Of a stretch of 64,000 nt of DNA, positions 30,813-40,923 are shown in pieces. The notes under the pieces were generated by a model. It was not told the origin of the DNA, searched no databases, and saw nothing but the letters and a program-made list of their open reading frames with translations. Every line of letters starts with the position of its first letter. The first letter of the stretch is position 1. Source of the stretch: Methanobacteriota archaeon (GTDB lineage: Archaea > Halobacteriota > Bog-38 > Methanoflorentales > Methanoflorentaceae); the NCBI GenBank assembly GCA_963719035.1, contig CAVRAO010000006.1:64001-128000 (forward strand), given 5' to 3'. A program made the position numbers and the translations under genes.

Positions 30813-32074
30813 GCGAGTGCTTGGTCTATATCCTCTATGATGTCAGCGACGTCTTCGATGCCGACGGAAAGCCGTATGAAGTCATCGCTGAGCCCCGCCG
30901 AGGCGCGCTCTTCGGGGTTCAGTTGCTGGTGCGTGGTGCTCGCAGGATGTACGATGAGTGATTTTGCATCGCCAATGTTAGCGAGGTGACTCAGAAGCTT
31001 CACGCTCTCGATGAACGTGACGGCGGCATCATACCCACCCTTGATGCCGAAGCCGACCAGAGCGCTGACGCCTTTGGATAAGTACTTCTGCGCCAGTCGA
31101 TGAGAACGGTCGGTCTCTAGTCCCGGGTAGCTTACCCAAGAAACACGTTCGTGGGTGCTCAAGAATCGAGCGACGGCAAGCGCATTGGCAGAGTGGCGTT
31201 CCATCCTCAAGTGTAGTGATTCAAGTCCCTGGAGAGTCAGAAACGCATTAAAGGGGCTTAAAGCCGGACCAATGTCGCGTAGGAGATGCACACGCGCTTT
31301 TAGCACGTAAGCGATTTCTCCAAACGCGTCGGAGTACACGAGTCCGTTGTAGGTGGGATCAGGCGTCGTAAAATCAGGGAATTTGCCGTTCGTCCAGTCA
31401 AAGTTCCCGGCATCAACGATCAGCCCGCCTATAGAAGTGCCGTGCCCACCCATGAACTTTGTAAGACTGTTGATAACGATATCAGCGCCGAAGTCGATAG
31501 GTCGGCACAGGATGGGCGTGGTTGCGGTGCCGTCGACGATAAGCGGCACATCGTTCTCATGTGCTATCTGAGCGATAGGTTCGATATCAAGAACGTCCAA
31601 GCTCGGATTGCCGAGGGTTTCACCGAAAAACGCCTTCGTCTTATCATTGACGCACGCTGCATAGTTATTCGGATCAGTCGAGTCTATCAAATGAACTTTG
31701 ATGCCCATTCTCGCCAACGTCGACGAAAAAAGCGTGTACGTGCCCCCATAGAGTTGCGATGAGGAGACGATCTCATCTCCGGGCCGTGAGATATTGAGAA
31801 TTGACAACGTAATTGCCGCCATGCCGCTTGCAAGCGCGAGTCCGGCTTTGCCACCTTCCAGCAGGGCGACGCGTTGTTCAAGCACGTCATTCGTCGGATT
31901 CATTATACGCGTGTAGATGTTCCCCGTCTCTTGCAACGCGAAAAGCTTTGCCGCGTGCTCCGTGCTATCGAACAAATACGATGTCGTCTGATAGATCGGA
32001 ACGGCCCGCGCTTTTGTTGTGGGATCGCCCGATTGGCCACCGTGTACTGCAATTGTTCCAGGTCTTTGCATCAT
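30800..32074 (-). CDS. metY: O-acetylhomoserine sulfhydrylase
   Basis: PIYQTTSY, YTRIMNPT, SLTKFMGGHG, HLANIGDAKSL, HPASTTHQQ. Confidence 0.95.
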   Translation of the reverse strand: MMQRPGTIAVHGGQSGDPTTKARAVPIYQTTSYLFDSTEHAAKLFALQETGNIYTRIMNPTNDVLEQRVALLEGGKAGLALASGMAAITLSILNISRPGDEIVSSSQLYGGTYTLFSSTLARMGIKVHLIDSTDPNNYAACVNDKTKAFFGETLGNPSLDVLDIEPIAQIAHENDVPLIVDGTATTPILCRPIDFGADIVINSLTKFMGGHGTSIGGLIVDAGNFDWTNGKFPDFTTPDPTYNGLVYSDAFGEIAYVLKARVHLLRDIGPALSPFNAFLTLQGLESLHLRMERHSANALAVARFLSTHERVSWVSYPGLETDRSHRLAQKYLSKGVSALVGFGIKGGYDAAVTFIESVKLLSHLANIGDAKSLIVHPASTTHQQLNPEERASAGLSDDFIRLSVGIEDVADIIEDIDQALACTS

Positions 32075-32092
32075 CCGCCTCCTTACCGTGAT

Positions 32093-32116
32093 AATTGTTA
32101 TATAACAATTGTTATA
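32093..32116. promoter_or_regulatory. overlapping perfect palindromes (candidate operator) between divergent metY and HTH-nadA
   Basis: AATTGTTATATAACAATT (32093-32110) and TATAACAATTGTTATA (32101-32116), starting about 19 nt upstream of the metY start. Confidence 0.6.
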
Positions 32117-32226
32117 ATACTGATATTGGTGCTATAGCACACTGCCTGATCATTAAGGTTTCGGAGAGGGCAAAAGAGAGTATAAAGAGCAAGAACGTCG
32201 TATAAAAGCGTCTTCCTACCCACGTC

Positions 32227-33444
32227 ATGACTTCCCAACGATTCCCCTGTGAGAATGCGGTTTGGCGCATCCTCCCCACCATCCGGTCCGAGATCGCCAA
32301 ACAACTCGCTAGCCTCGGCCTGCCTCAGATGGTGATTTCAAAGCGCCTCGGTATCACGCAACCCGCGGTCAGCCAGTACGTAACTAAAAAACGAGGGATG
32401 ACCTTCACCGTGAGCGATGAGGCTCAAAGACTCATCCAATCGCTCGCAGAAGACGTCGCACACGGAAAAGATATTAATCTCAACGAGCGGATGTGTGAGA
32501 TATGCGCGAACATTCAGGGCACTGATAATTGCACCTCTGAGCCGGAATCTATGAGAGACCGTTTAAACAAACTGAAAGAAGCGAACGACGCCGTCATTTT
32601 AGCGCATAACTATCAACGCGCAGAGGTTCAAGATGCCGCTGACTACGTGGGCGATTCGTTTGAGCTTTCAAAAATCGCATCTGAGCTTAATTGTTCCACG
32701 ATCGTTTTTTGCGGTGTCGATTTCATGGCAGAAATCGCCGCCATTCTCTCGCCGGAAAAGACGGTACTTTTGCCAGTCAAAGAGGCGATGTGCCCGATGT
32801 CGCGTATGATCGGCCGAAACGACGTCCGACAACTGAAGAGTCGCTATCCTGGAAGCCCGGTCGTATGCTACGTAAACACTTCAGCCGACGTTAAGGCCGA
32901 GTGCGACGTGTGTTGCACGTCAGCAAACGCCATAAAGATCATAAACGAGCTTGAAGCAGACCAAATCTTGTTTATCCCCGATCGAAATCTCGGGGATTAT
33001 CTCGCGTCAAAGACTGATAAAGAGATAATCTCGTGGGACGGCTTCTGCCCGACACACCAAGTGATTACCCTTGGAGATGTACTTATCAAACGGCAGGAAC
33101 AGCCGGACTGCGAGATCGTCGTGCATCCCGAGTGCCGCCCTGAGGTGATCGCAGCAGCAGACTACGTTTATGGTACAGGGGGAATGTTGCGTCACGCCAC
33201 AAGAAGTAACGCGCGTCATATCGCCATCGGAACCGAACTAGGCATGCTCCATCGACTAGCAACGCAGGAGCCACATAAGGAGTTTTCTGCACTTGCTAAC
33301 GCCATTTGCCCTAACATGAAGCGCACGCACCTTGATGACGTGATCAACGCCCTCGAACAGCAGAAGCACCGCGTCACTGTGCCTGAGGACGTCCGTAAAG
33401 GCGCTAAAAAAGCGCTTGACAAGATGCTCGAGATCGGCGTCTAA
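32227..33444 (+). CDS. nadA: XRE-like HTH regulator domain fused to quinolinate synthase
   Basis: aa 1-108: PCE...LPTIR..IA...LGITQPAVSQY...KRG...CEIC; remainder: LAHNYQ, FCGVDFMAE, CPM, YVNT, CCTSAN, FCPTH, HPEC, CPNMK. Confidence 0.9.
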   Translation: MTSQRFPCENAVWRILPTIRSEIAKQLASLGLPQMVISKRLGITQPAVSQYVTKKRGMTFTVSDEAQRLIQSLAEDVAHGKDINLNERMCEICANIQGTDNCTSEPESMRDRLNKLKEANDAVILAHNYQRAEVQDAADYVGDSFELSKIASELNCSTIVFCGVDFMAEIAAILSPEKTVLLPVKEAMCPMSRMIGRNDVRQLKSRYPGSPVVCYVNTSADVKAECDVCCTSANAIKIINELEADQILFIPDRNLGDYLASKTDKEIISWDGFCPTHQVITLGDVLIKRQEQPDCEIVVHPECRPEVIAAADYVYGTGGMLRHATRSNARHIAIGTELGMLHRLATQEPHKEFSALANAICPNMKRTHLDDVINALEQQKHRVTVPEDVRKGAKKALDKMLEIGV

Positions 33445-33537
33445 GGGTCCTGCTGACTTTTTGAAAGAATACGAATCGGCATATGAATCCACGTATAAAA
33501 ACAGGCAAAAAGGCAAACCGCCGATGCAAGGAGTGTT

Positions 33538-33990
33538 ATGTATAGCGAGAAAGTCATGCTGCACTTTATGAACCCGCACAACATGGGGGAGATCGAGAAC
33601 CCAAGTGGAGTGGGTGTGGTCGGGAACCCAGTTTGCGGCGACCTGATGCAGATTCAGATTAAGGTAGAGGGCGGGATTCTCACTGATGTCAAATTCAAGA
33701 CGTTCGGGTGCGGGGCAGCCATCGCGACGAGCAGCATGGTAACCGATTTGGCGAGGGGGAAGACGATCGAAGAGGCCTTAAAGATCACCCGTAATGACGT
33801 GGCCGAGAGCCTCGAGGGATTACCGCCGGTGAAGATGCACTGTTCAAATCTGGCTGCAGACGCACTCCACGCGGCAATTGAGGATTACCTGAAGAAAGAA
33901 GGACGTGGGGAGTGGCTCAACGAGAAGAAGAAGGGTGCAAAGAAAAATTCTGCAAAAAGAAAGAAGAGGCAGCCCCATCAAGCCGCTTAA
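33538..33990 (+). CDS. iscU: Fe-S cluster scaffold IscU/NifU-N
   Basis: YSEKV..HF.NP.N.G, GNPVCGD, FKTFGCGAAIA, KMHCSNLA. Confidence 0.95.
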   Translation: MYSEKVMLHFMNPHNMGEIENPSGVGVVGNPVCGDLMQIQIKVEGGILTDVKFKTFGCGAAIATSSMVTDLARGKTIEEALKITRNDVAESLEGLPPVKMHCSNLAADALHAAIEDYLKKEGRGEWLNEKKKGAKKNSAKRKKRQPHQAA

Positions 33991-34008
33991 CGCTGACTAT
34001 TGAGACCT

Positions 34009-34521
34009 CTAATAACCTGCATTTATTCGTGCTAAAATAGCGGTGGCATCCTCGTCACCGACGAAACTTTGAACTATAGCACCATTTTTTAGTAAAATCA
34101 TCGTTGGATAACTACTAACTCCATACTGGTTGTTTAGCTGAGTGTCGGCGCTTGATATCCATTGCACTGGGACCTTATTTTGAAGCTGCGCGAAGCTAGC
34201 TGAATTTTCCAAATTTGCGCAATGGGGACAGCCCGGATCATTGAAGAATAAAACACTAAAGCCTGTCGTTGGGGTTATCGTTGGGGTTGCTGAAGGGATT
34301 GCTGTTGGAGTTGTCGTTGGGGTTGTCGTTGGGGTTCTCGTTGGAGTCGCCGTGGGAGTAACTGCCTGCACGCTAGAAATCGCTTTCGATGAAACAGTCT
34401 TAGTCGAGTTACTAGCAGTAGATGGGGTCGGTGACGCGGTTGGCCCACTACATCCGGCTGCTATTACACAAAAAAGTAATACGGCACACACTGCCAACGT
34501 TACTGTTCGTTTTTTTGTCAA
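34009..34521 (-). CDS. thioredoxin-like lipoprotein with Pro/Thr linker
   Basis: SD GAGGTG, TTG start; lipobox IAAGC; PT-rich linker; CPHC active site; YGVSSYPT cis-Pro loop. Confidence 0.8.
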   Translation of the reverse strand: MTKKRTVTLAVCAVLLFCVIAAGCSGPTASPTPSTASNSTKTVSSKAISSVQAVTPTATPTRTPTTTPTTTPTAIPSATPTITPTTGFSVLFFNDPGCPHCANLENSASFAQLQNKVPVQWISSADTQLNNQYGVSSYPTMILLKNGAIVQSFVGDEDATAILARINAGY

Positions 34522-34704
34522 ACTGACACCTCGGCGAAGTGATGGGTCACTTCGGATGCAAAAAGACTTGCTTCAACATACATAAGTTTTCTGTCTGAAA
34601 ACCCGTTTCAGATCGCTTGTTAGGTTATTTCCAAAAAAAGAAGGCTGCAGCGCCCTTTCTCTGCACTCGAGCTAATCGCTTCACACGCTTACCCCATCTC
34701 AAGC

Positions 34705-35331
34705 TTACATAAATGCTGCTTTGATGCCAGTGATGATGAACTGCACGCCAATGGCGAGCAGGAGCAGTCCAAGCACGCGGTTGACCACTTTAAGCTCTTT
34801 TTCTCGGATACCTCCCGAAATGATGTAGGAGTGGACCATCGCATAGTAAACGATGCCTATAACAACAAAAATAGCCGCAAAAACAATGACAATTGCCGAC
34901 CAGCCCTGCCCAGCTGCGTCCCCAATGAGGACGATGACCGTCGTTATGGCTCCTGGACCGGCTATGATCGGAATGGCCAACGGCGTTACCGCTACATCCT
35001 CCGCGTAAGTCTTTGGGCTCTGCGGGGCCGGTTGCTTGGTGAAAGACACGCGTGCGTAGACCATCTCTAGGCCAATCAAAAAGAGAAGGACCCCGCCTCC
35101 GATTCGTAGAGCGGCAAGAGTGATGCCAAAAAGCTGAAGAATCCCATAACCTCCAACTGCAAAGACCAGCAAAATCGCGAGTGCATACACAGAGGCGTCA
35201 CGGGCTATCTTTCGCTGGTGCGCGCGATCAACATCCTTAATCAACGAGACAAAAAAGAGCGTCACCGTAATGGGATCAATGAGGATGAAAATTGAAGAGA
35301 AGGCTAACAGTGCAAAGCTAAGCAAATCCAT
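34705..35331 (-). CDS. MarC family membrane protein
   Basis: IDP, FGIT..ALRIGGG, TPLAIPIIAGPGAI, RVLGLLL.AIGVQ. Confidence 0.93.
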   Translation of the reverse strand: MDLLSFALLAFSSIFILIDPITVTLFFVSLIKDVDRAHQRKIARDASVYALAILLVFAVGGYGILQLFGITLAALRIGGGVLLFLIGLEMVYARVSFTKQPAPQSPKTYAEDVAVTPLAIPIIAGPGAITTVIVLIGDAAGQGWSAIVIVFAAIFVVIGIVYYAMVHSYIISGGIREKELKVVNRVLGLLLLAIGVQFIITGIKAAFM

Positions 35332-35577
35332 GAGGTTCCTCCCCTTATCAAACGTTCAAAGTTAACGCAATTGTGCTAAGACTACAAATGTATGACTGTA
35401 TAACCGCTGTACATATAATGACATCCTCGGAAACCTGCTAAAATAAATCGATAACCTTCGACATGAACGCCGCTCGCAATCGTTAACGATCGCAGAACGT
35501 TTTTCAAACCAGAAACCTTTATAACAAGCTGCAAGAGTGGAGCGTACGAGCAACTTGCTCGCGTCATAGGGAAGTAT

Positions 35578-36438
35578 ATGAAAGTACTGGTAACAGGGGC
35601 AAGCGGGTTACTTGGCAGCGCCTTGCTTAGAGTGGCGCTGGAAAACGGCGTAATCGCTGTCGCTGCTTATAACAGCCACCCGCTCAACGGTGGTCTGCAG
35701 ATGGATATCACCGATCAAGCTCAGGTCCACGCTACTGTGAGTCGCATCGCCCCGGACTACGTGATACACACTGCGGCTTTCACCGACGTCGATACGTGCG
35801 AAATCGAACCGCAACGCGCTTGGGACGTGAACGCGCTCGGCACCAGAAACGTCGCCGAGGCTTGCGAGCAGCACGGCGCAAAACTAATCTACATTTCGAC
35901 CGATTACGTCTTTGACGGTGAAGATGGCCCTTATTCAGAAGAGGCGCCGACTCATCCTATAAATGTCTACGGCGAGTCAAAACTCGCTGGTGAAGGATTT
36001 GCTCTGAATAGCGGCTTCAATGCGGTCGCTCGCGTGTGCGTGCTGTACGGGCCCGACAAACCCAACTTCGTCACGTGGGTGATCAACTCGCTACGCGCAC
36101 AAACGCCGATTAACGTCGTAAGGGATCAATACAACACGCCCACGTACGTCGGCAACTGTGCACGTGCCCTGCTGCGCATGTGCGAGCTTGGGCTTATAGG
36201 CGTCTATCACGTTTCTGGGCGCGAGCTACTCAATCGATACGAGTTCGCCTGTGCAATCGCGGACGTGTTTGCGTTGAATAAGAAACTTATTAACGAGACA
36301 ACGACAGACACGTTGCATCAGCAGGCGCGACGGCCGATGAACTCCTCACTTAGAGTAGAGAGAGCTGAACACGCCCTAGGGATGCGCCTTGCAAACGTAC
36401 ACGAAGGGCTGACCCTTCTGCGGGACGAATGGCGATGA
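35578..36438 (+). CDS. rfbD: dTDP-4-dehydrorhamnose reductase
   Basis: VTGASGLLG, HTAAFTDVD.CE, STDYVFDG, YGESK. Confidence 0.93.
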   Translation: MKVLVTGASGLLGSALLRVALENGVIAVAAYNSHPLNGGLQMDITDQAQVHATVSRIAPDYVIHTAAFTDVDTCEIEPQRAWDVNALGTRNVAEACEQHGAKLIYISTDYVFDGEDGPYSEEAPTHPINVYGESKLAGEGFALNSGFNAVARVCVLYGPDKPNFVTWVINSLRAQTPINVVRDQYNTPTYVGNCARALLRMCELGLIGVYHVSGRELLNRYEFACAIADVFALNKKLINETTTDTLHQQARRPMNSSLRVERAEHALGMRLANVHEGLTLLRDEWR

Positions 36439-37508
36439 AAGGATTATTACTATCCGGAGGCAGCGGCACTCGACTGCGGCCATTGACCCACAGCGGACCT
36501 AAACAACTAATCCCCGTAGCGAACAAGCCCGTGCTCATTTATGCACTCGAGGATCTCAGAAAGGCCGGTATTACTGAAGTCGGGGTTATCCTTGGACTTA
36601 ACGGCCGGGAACAGGTCATGGAGCGGATCGGTGACGGATCAGCGTACGGCGTGAACGTCTCTTATATCGATCAAGGCGCTCCGCTCGGAATCGCACACGC
36701 AGTCGCGTGCGCCGAGGACTTCTTGGCGGACGACCCGTTCGTCGTCTACCTCGGCGACAATATCCTGCGTCACGGGATTGCCCCGTTGGTCGCAGAGTAC
36801 GACAAGGGACAGTGCGACGCGGTTATCGCGCTTCAGCGCGTGCCCGACCCTGAACGATACGGTGTCGCCGAAGTTGATAAAAGCGGACGTTTAATACAAC
36901 TCGTTGAAAAGCCCAAAAAACCCAAGAGCGATCTTGCACTCGTGGGGGTATACCTTTTTACCACCCCTATATTTGACGCAATTCGGCAGATCCAACCGTC
37001 GTGGCGCAACGAACTTGAAATCACCGACGCCATACAGCGGCTCATCGACACGCGCCACGTCGTAAAGCATCACGTCATCCGGGGCTGGTGGAAAGACACC
37101 GGTATGCCTGAAGACATCCTCGAGGTCAACAGGCTCCTGCTAGACGACCTCGTGCCCCTCGTCGAGGGTACGGTCGAGGAGGGGGCCGTATTAAAGGGCC
37201 GCGTTTCTATCGGCAAGGAATCGGTGCTAAAAAGCGGGTGCACGGTATTTGGCCCGACCATCATTGGAGAGAACTGCACCATCGATGCAGGGACGTACAT
37301 CGGACCATACACCTCGATTGGCGATAAGACGCACGTATCCGGGGCTCACATAGAAGATTCGATCGTTATCGGAGAGAGCGTCATTACGTGCAGGGAAACA
37401 ATAGTCGAGAGTTTGATCGGCGATAAAACACAGATCCGGTCGACCGACCAGAAGCTGCCCAAGGGGCATCGTCTCATCGTCGGCTCAGGATCATCGATTG
37501 ACTTGTAA
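36435..37508 (+). CDS. rfbA: glucose-1-phosphate thymidylyltransferase (long form)
   Basis: GGSGTRLRPLT...KQL, YLGDN, EKP, ELEITDAI, WWKDTG, C-terminal hexapeptide repeats; ATGA overlap with rfbD. Confidence 0.93.
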   Translation: MKGLLLSGGSGTRLRPLTHSGPKQLIPVANKPVLIYALEDLRKAGITEVGVILGLNGREQVMERIGDGSAYGVNVSYIDQGAPLGIAHAVACAEDFLADDPFVVYLGDNILRHGIAPLVAEYDKGQCDAVIALQRVPDPERYGVAEVDKSGRLIQLVEKPKKPKSDLALVGVYLFTTPIFDAIRQIQPSWRNELEITDAIQRLIDTRHVVKHHVIRGWWKDTGMPEDILEVNRLLLDDLVPLVEGTVEEGAVLKGRVSIGKESVLKSGCTVFGPTIIGENCTIDAGTYIGPYTSIGDKTHVSGAHIEDSIVIGESVITCRETIVESLIGDKTQIRSTDQKLPKGHRLIVGSGSSIDL

Positions 37509-37606
37509 ACGACCGATTGTGTGAATGGCGCACGATCACAACGAAATGACCTTAATTTAGCAAAAGAGTTATACCGTGGCCTCTTTATTAGTTGATGGTG
37601 ATTAAC

Positions 37607-38014
37607 GTGGAGGATAGCAACGCAACAATTAGCGAAGTCCTCGCGAACTTACAACAGATTTTCAATGGCGTTGAGTCGTTGGGTAAAGCCGTCGAGTTTG
37701 GTGACAAGGTCGCCATCCCGATCTACCAGTTCAACTTTGGTACAGGTGGCGGGGGTGGCGGTGGCGGCCGCGAAGGACGACCCAGTTCAGGCGTCGGGTT
37801 CGGGCTCGGCGGAACAATCGGCCCCGTGGCAGTCGTCATACTTACAAAGGATACGCCCGCCCCACAAGGAATACAAATACACGAATTTAAAGCTAATAAG
37901 CTCGGTGAGGCACTCGCAGAGCTCATTCCCCGTTTATGGGAGATGATCGAGTCGCAAATTGGCAAACGGGAAAAGCTCTCGAGCGAAAAGAAAGAGAAAC
38001 TGATGAACATCTGA
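37607..38014 (+). CDS. GerW/YtfJ-family protein
   Basis: G..V..GDK..IP....FG.GGGGGGG...G.G.G.GG...PVAVV; GGTGA then GTG start. Confidence 0.8.
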   Translation: MEDSNATISEVLANLQQIFNGVESLGKAVEFGDKVAIPIYQFNFGTGGGGGGGGREGRPSSGVGFGLGGTIGPVAVVILTKDTPAPQGIQIHEFKANKLGEALAELIPRLWEMIESQIGKREKLSSEKKEKLMNI

Positions 38015-38040
38015 AGGATCGAACGACGGATAATCAGAAC

Positions 38041-38583
38041 ATGCAGCAAAAAGAAGAGTTAGAAAGCCTTTTAAAGACGTGCGAGTCCGCAAAAGACAGC
38101 GTCGATGCGTTTTTACGAAGCATCAATGATTATGTCGCCGTGGTCGAAGAACTCCCTGCAATCGTGAAGCCGCTCGTACGACGAGACTTAGAGTCGAATA
38201 CAGGTATGAGCGCAGACGAATGGAAAGCGTTTTTAGAGAGGCTTGGAACGCGCTACAGCTCAATTTATGACGCAGCGCAGCGCGTGACTGGCGCGCTTGC
38301 CAACGGAGGCGACGATACAGAGGTCGCTGAGGCCACGGCAACATTCAACGCGATGTCAGCCCCACTCATAGAAGGCGCAGATACCGCCATAGAACAACTA
38401 GAGACGATGGCGGTATATATGGAGGGACTTCCCGACAAGATCAATATGGTACCAGAAGCGTTCCTAAAGGGAGATTCCCGCGATGAATTAATCTCTTCCG
38501 TGCCCGGACGCGTCGAACGGGCTCGAGCGTTGAAAGAGCTCCTCGAAAAGACGAAAGGGGAGCTGAGCGCGGTAGCCGGATAA
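38041..38583 (+). CDS. hypothetical all-alpha protein, probably co-transcribed with the YtfJ-like gene
   Basis: ATG 38041 lies 26 nt after the upstream stop; acidic amphipathic helices. Confidence 0.7.
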   Translation: MQQKEELESLLKTCESAKDSVDAFLRSINDYVAVVEELPAIVKPLVRRDLESNTGMSADEWKAFLERLGTRYSSIYDAAQRVTGALANGGDDTEVAEATATFNAMSAPLIEGADTAIEQLETMAVYMEGLPDKINMVPEAFLKGDSRDELISSVPGRVERARALKELLEKTKGELSAVAG

Positions 38584-38724
38584 GCGATGGGTCAATAACA
38601 CCTTGATTGCCGAGCTCGATTAGATAATAAAGTATATTATAGTCGCCGTCGTGGCCTTGAAGAGCGCTGCACAGAGACGTTTTAAAGCGTATGCTACGAA
38701 CAGCGCTTAGAGACTACTTTTTTG

Positions 38725-38925
38725 TAAGCTTGAATCTGAGGGTACGTCCGAGAGCGATACGATTACGATCCTTGAGCTCCTGCTTCTTACCTTCGTTCCA
38801 GCTTGAACCGCACTCATGTAGCCAGTCACGCGGGCGATATGTTCGACGTTGTGCGAACCACAGTTGGCGCACGTTTCGTGAAGGCCGCCCTCGACATGTG
38901 CGTCATCGAGGAATAACATCAGATC
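38725..38925 (-). pseudogene. displaced duplicate of the nrdD 3' end
   Basis: About 200 bp imperfect direct repeat of 41510-41711; encodes ...HIARVTGYMSA/SSWNEGKKQELKDRNRIALGRT with a 1-bp deletion; no 5' part. Confidence 0.9.
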
Positions 38926-38974
38926 AAGTATGACACTAACTTAGTCACGTTCTCCGCCTTCGTAGGTCAAGAGC

Positions 38975-39007
38975 AAAAAGAAAAAAAGTGGAGGGGTTTG
39001 TCCCCTC
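38975..39007 (-). terminator. terminator of the PKD gene
   Basis: Minus strand GAGGGG-ACAAA-CCCCTC followed by long T-runs immediately after TGA. Confidence 0.7.
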
Positions 39008-40923
39008 AGAGGACTTGCACCGCCCTTACGACCTGAGCAGTCTGACCGGTTTTGTCGGTCACGGTGAGGGTGACGGTGTAGGTGCCCGCTTGTGCGTAGA
39101 TGTTTTGTGCTAGTGGTGTGGCAGAGTTGATTTTGTTGCCGTCGCCGAAGTCCCAGGCGTAGTTGGCGATGGTGCCGGTCGAGGTGGAGGCGTCAAAGGT
39201 GACGGATTGACCGACGGTAGGGTTAGCGCTGACGGTGAAGGCTGCCTTGAGTGTGGGGCAATGCAGCGACTGTGACAGACTGCGAAGTCGTGTCGGACGG
39301 TTGCCACTGGCATCGGTCACAGTGAGGGTGACGATGTAGGTTCCCGCCGCGCTGTAGGCGTGATGAACTAGCTGGTCCGTAGCGAGGGGATGAGCCGTCG
39401 CCGAAGTCCCAAGTCTACGTTGGCGATGGTGCCGGTCGAGGTGGCGGGCGTCAAAGGTCATGGTGATCGGTGCGTAGGTGTTAGCTGGCTCGAAGGTGAA
39501 GGCTGCCTTGAGTGTGGGGCAATGCAGTGACGTGTACCGCCTGTGCGACCTGAGCGGTCTGACCGGTGCCATCGGTCACGGTGAGCGTGACGGTGTAGCC
39601 GCCCGCTTGTGCGTAGGGGTGCTGTACCCGAGATCCGCTGCCCGTGGAGCCGTCGCCGAAGCTCCACTCATACTTGACGATGGTGCCGGTCGAGGTGGAG
39701 GCGTCAAAGGTGACGGGTCGGTTGATGCTGGGGTTCACTGGATCGAAGGTGAAGGCTGCCTTGAGTGTGGGGGGTGTTGCAGCGACAGTGACCTGCTGCG
39801 AAGTGCCAACGGCACCGTTTGCGTCGGCCACGGTGAGCCTGACGGTGTAGATACCTGCTGCGGTATAGGTGTGCTCTACCCGTTGTTGGTCAGATCCGCT
39901 GACGGGGGGTGAGCCGTCGCCGAAGCTCCACTCATACTTGACGATGGTGCCGGTCGAGGTGGAGGCGTCAAAGGTGACGGGTCGGTTGATGCTGGGGTTC
40001 ACTGGATCGAAGGTGAAGGCTGCCTTGAGTGTGGTTGAGGTTTTGACGTTTATGGTTTTAGTGAAAGTAGCGGTCTTTTGTGCTGAATCTGTCACGGTGA
40101 GGGTGACGGTGAAGGATTTTGCGTTCGGGGCTGTGAACTTAACCTGTTGTCCTGCTGCTTTCTGCCCATCGCTGGTGGTCCACGCGTAGGTGTATGGCGG
40201 TGTACCGCCGGATGCCCACGCCTTAACCGTGACAGGTTGTCCTGCTGCAGGACGCTCCGTTGCAACGAAGACAGCTGCTTTGAGCGCGGGCGGGGACTTT
40301 ATTGTGATGGTTTTGACGGCAGTAGCGGCTGCGCCGTTGTTGTCGGTCACGGTGAGGGTGACGGTGAAGGATTTTGCGTTCGGGGCTGTGAGCTTAGCCT
40401 GTTGTCCTTCCGCATTCTGCCCATCGCTGGTGGTCCACGCGTAGGTGTATGGCGGTGTACCGCCGGATGCCCACGCCTTAACCGTGACAGGTTGTCCTGC
40501 TGCAGGACGCTCCGTTGCAACGAAGACAGCTGCTTTGAGCGCGGGCGGGGACTTTATTGTGATGGTTTTGACGGCAGTAGCGGCTGCGCCGTTGTTGTCG
40601 GTCACGGTGAGGGTGACGGTGAAGGATTTTGCGTTCGGGGCTGTGAGCTTAGCCTGTTGTCCTGCTGCTTTCTGCCCATCGCTGGTGGTCCACGCGTAGG
40701 TGTATGGCGGTGTACCGCCGGATGCCCACGCCTTAACCGTGACAGGTTGTCCTGCTATCGCTGCGCATGGCGCGGTAAAAGAAGCTCCGAGTTTATGAGA
40801 ATTGTGAGCACTTGCCGCAACGGTTGCTGGAGCCATTGACACAAGGAGCACCGCGATCACAGCACACACAGCGATCGTTCTTCCGCCGCGTTTAACGGGC
40901 GGAATGAGTTCATCTTTAATCAT
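39006..40923 (-). CDS. secreted multi-PKD surface protein (about 7 domains), frameshifted in this sequence
   Basis: Signal peptide; three SGGTPPYTYAW units; four FDASTSTG...W(S/D)FGDG...Y...G.YTVTLTVTD units; indels between about 39260 and 39520. Confidence 0.85.
39647..40033. repeat. identical PKD-encoding segment of about 120 bp repeated at 264-bp spacing
   Basis: GAGCCGTCGCCGAAGCTCCA...GCCTTGAGTGTGG at 39647 and 39911. Confidence 0.85.
40090..40756. repeat. near-identical 255-bp intragenic tandem repeat (about 2.6 copies)
   Basis: GACAGGTTGTCCTGCT recurs at 40231, 40486 and 40741; units are nearly identical. Confidence 0.9.

Noticed and set aside
37607-38014. Sporulation function of the YtfJ/GerW-like gene
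   Set aside because: The family is widespread in non-sporulating bacteria and archaea
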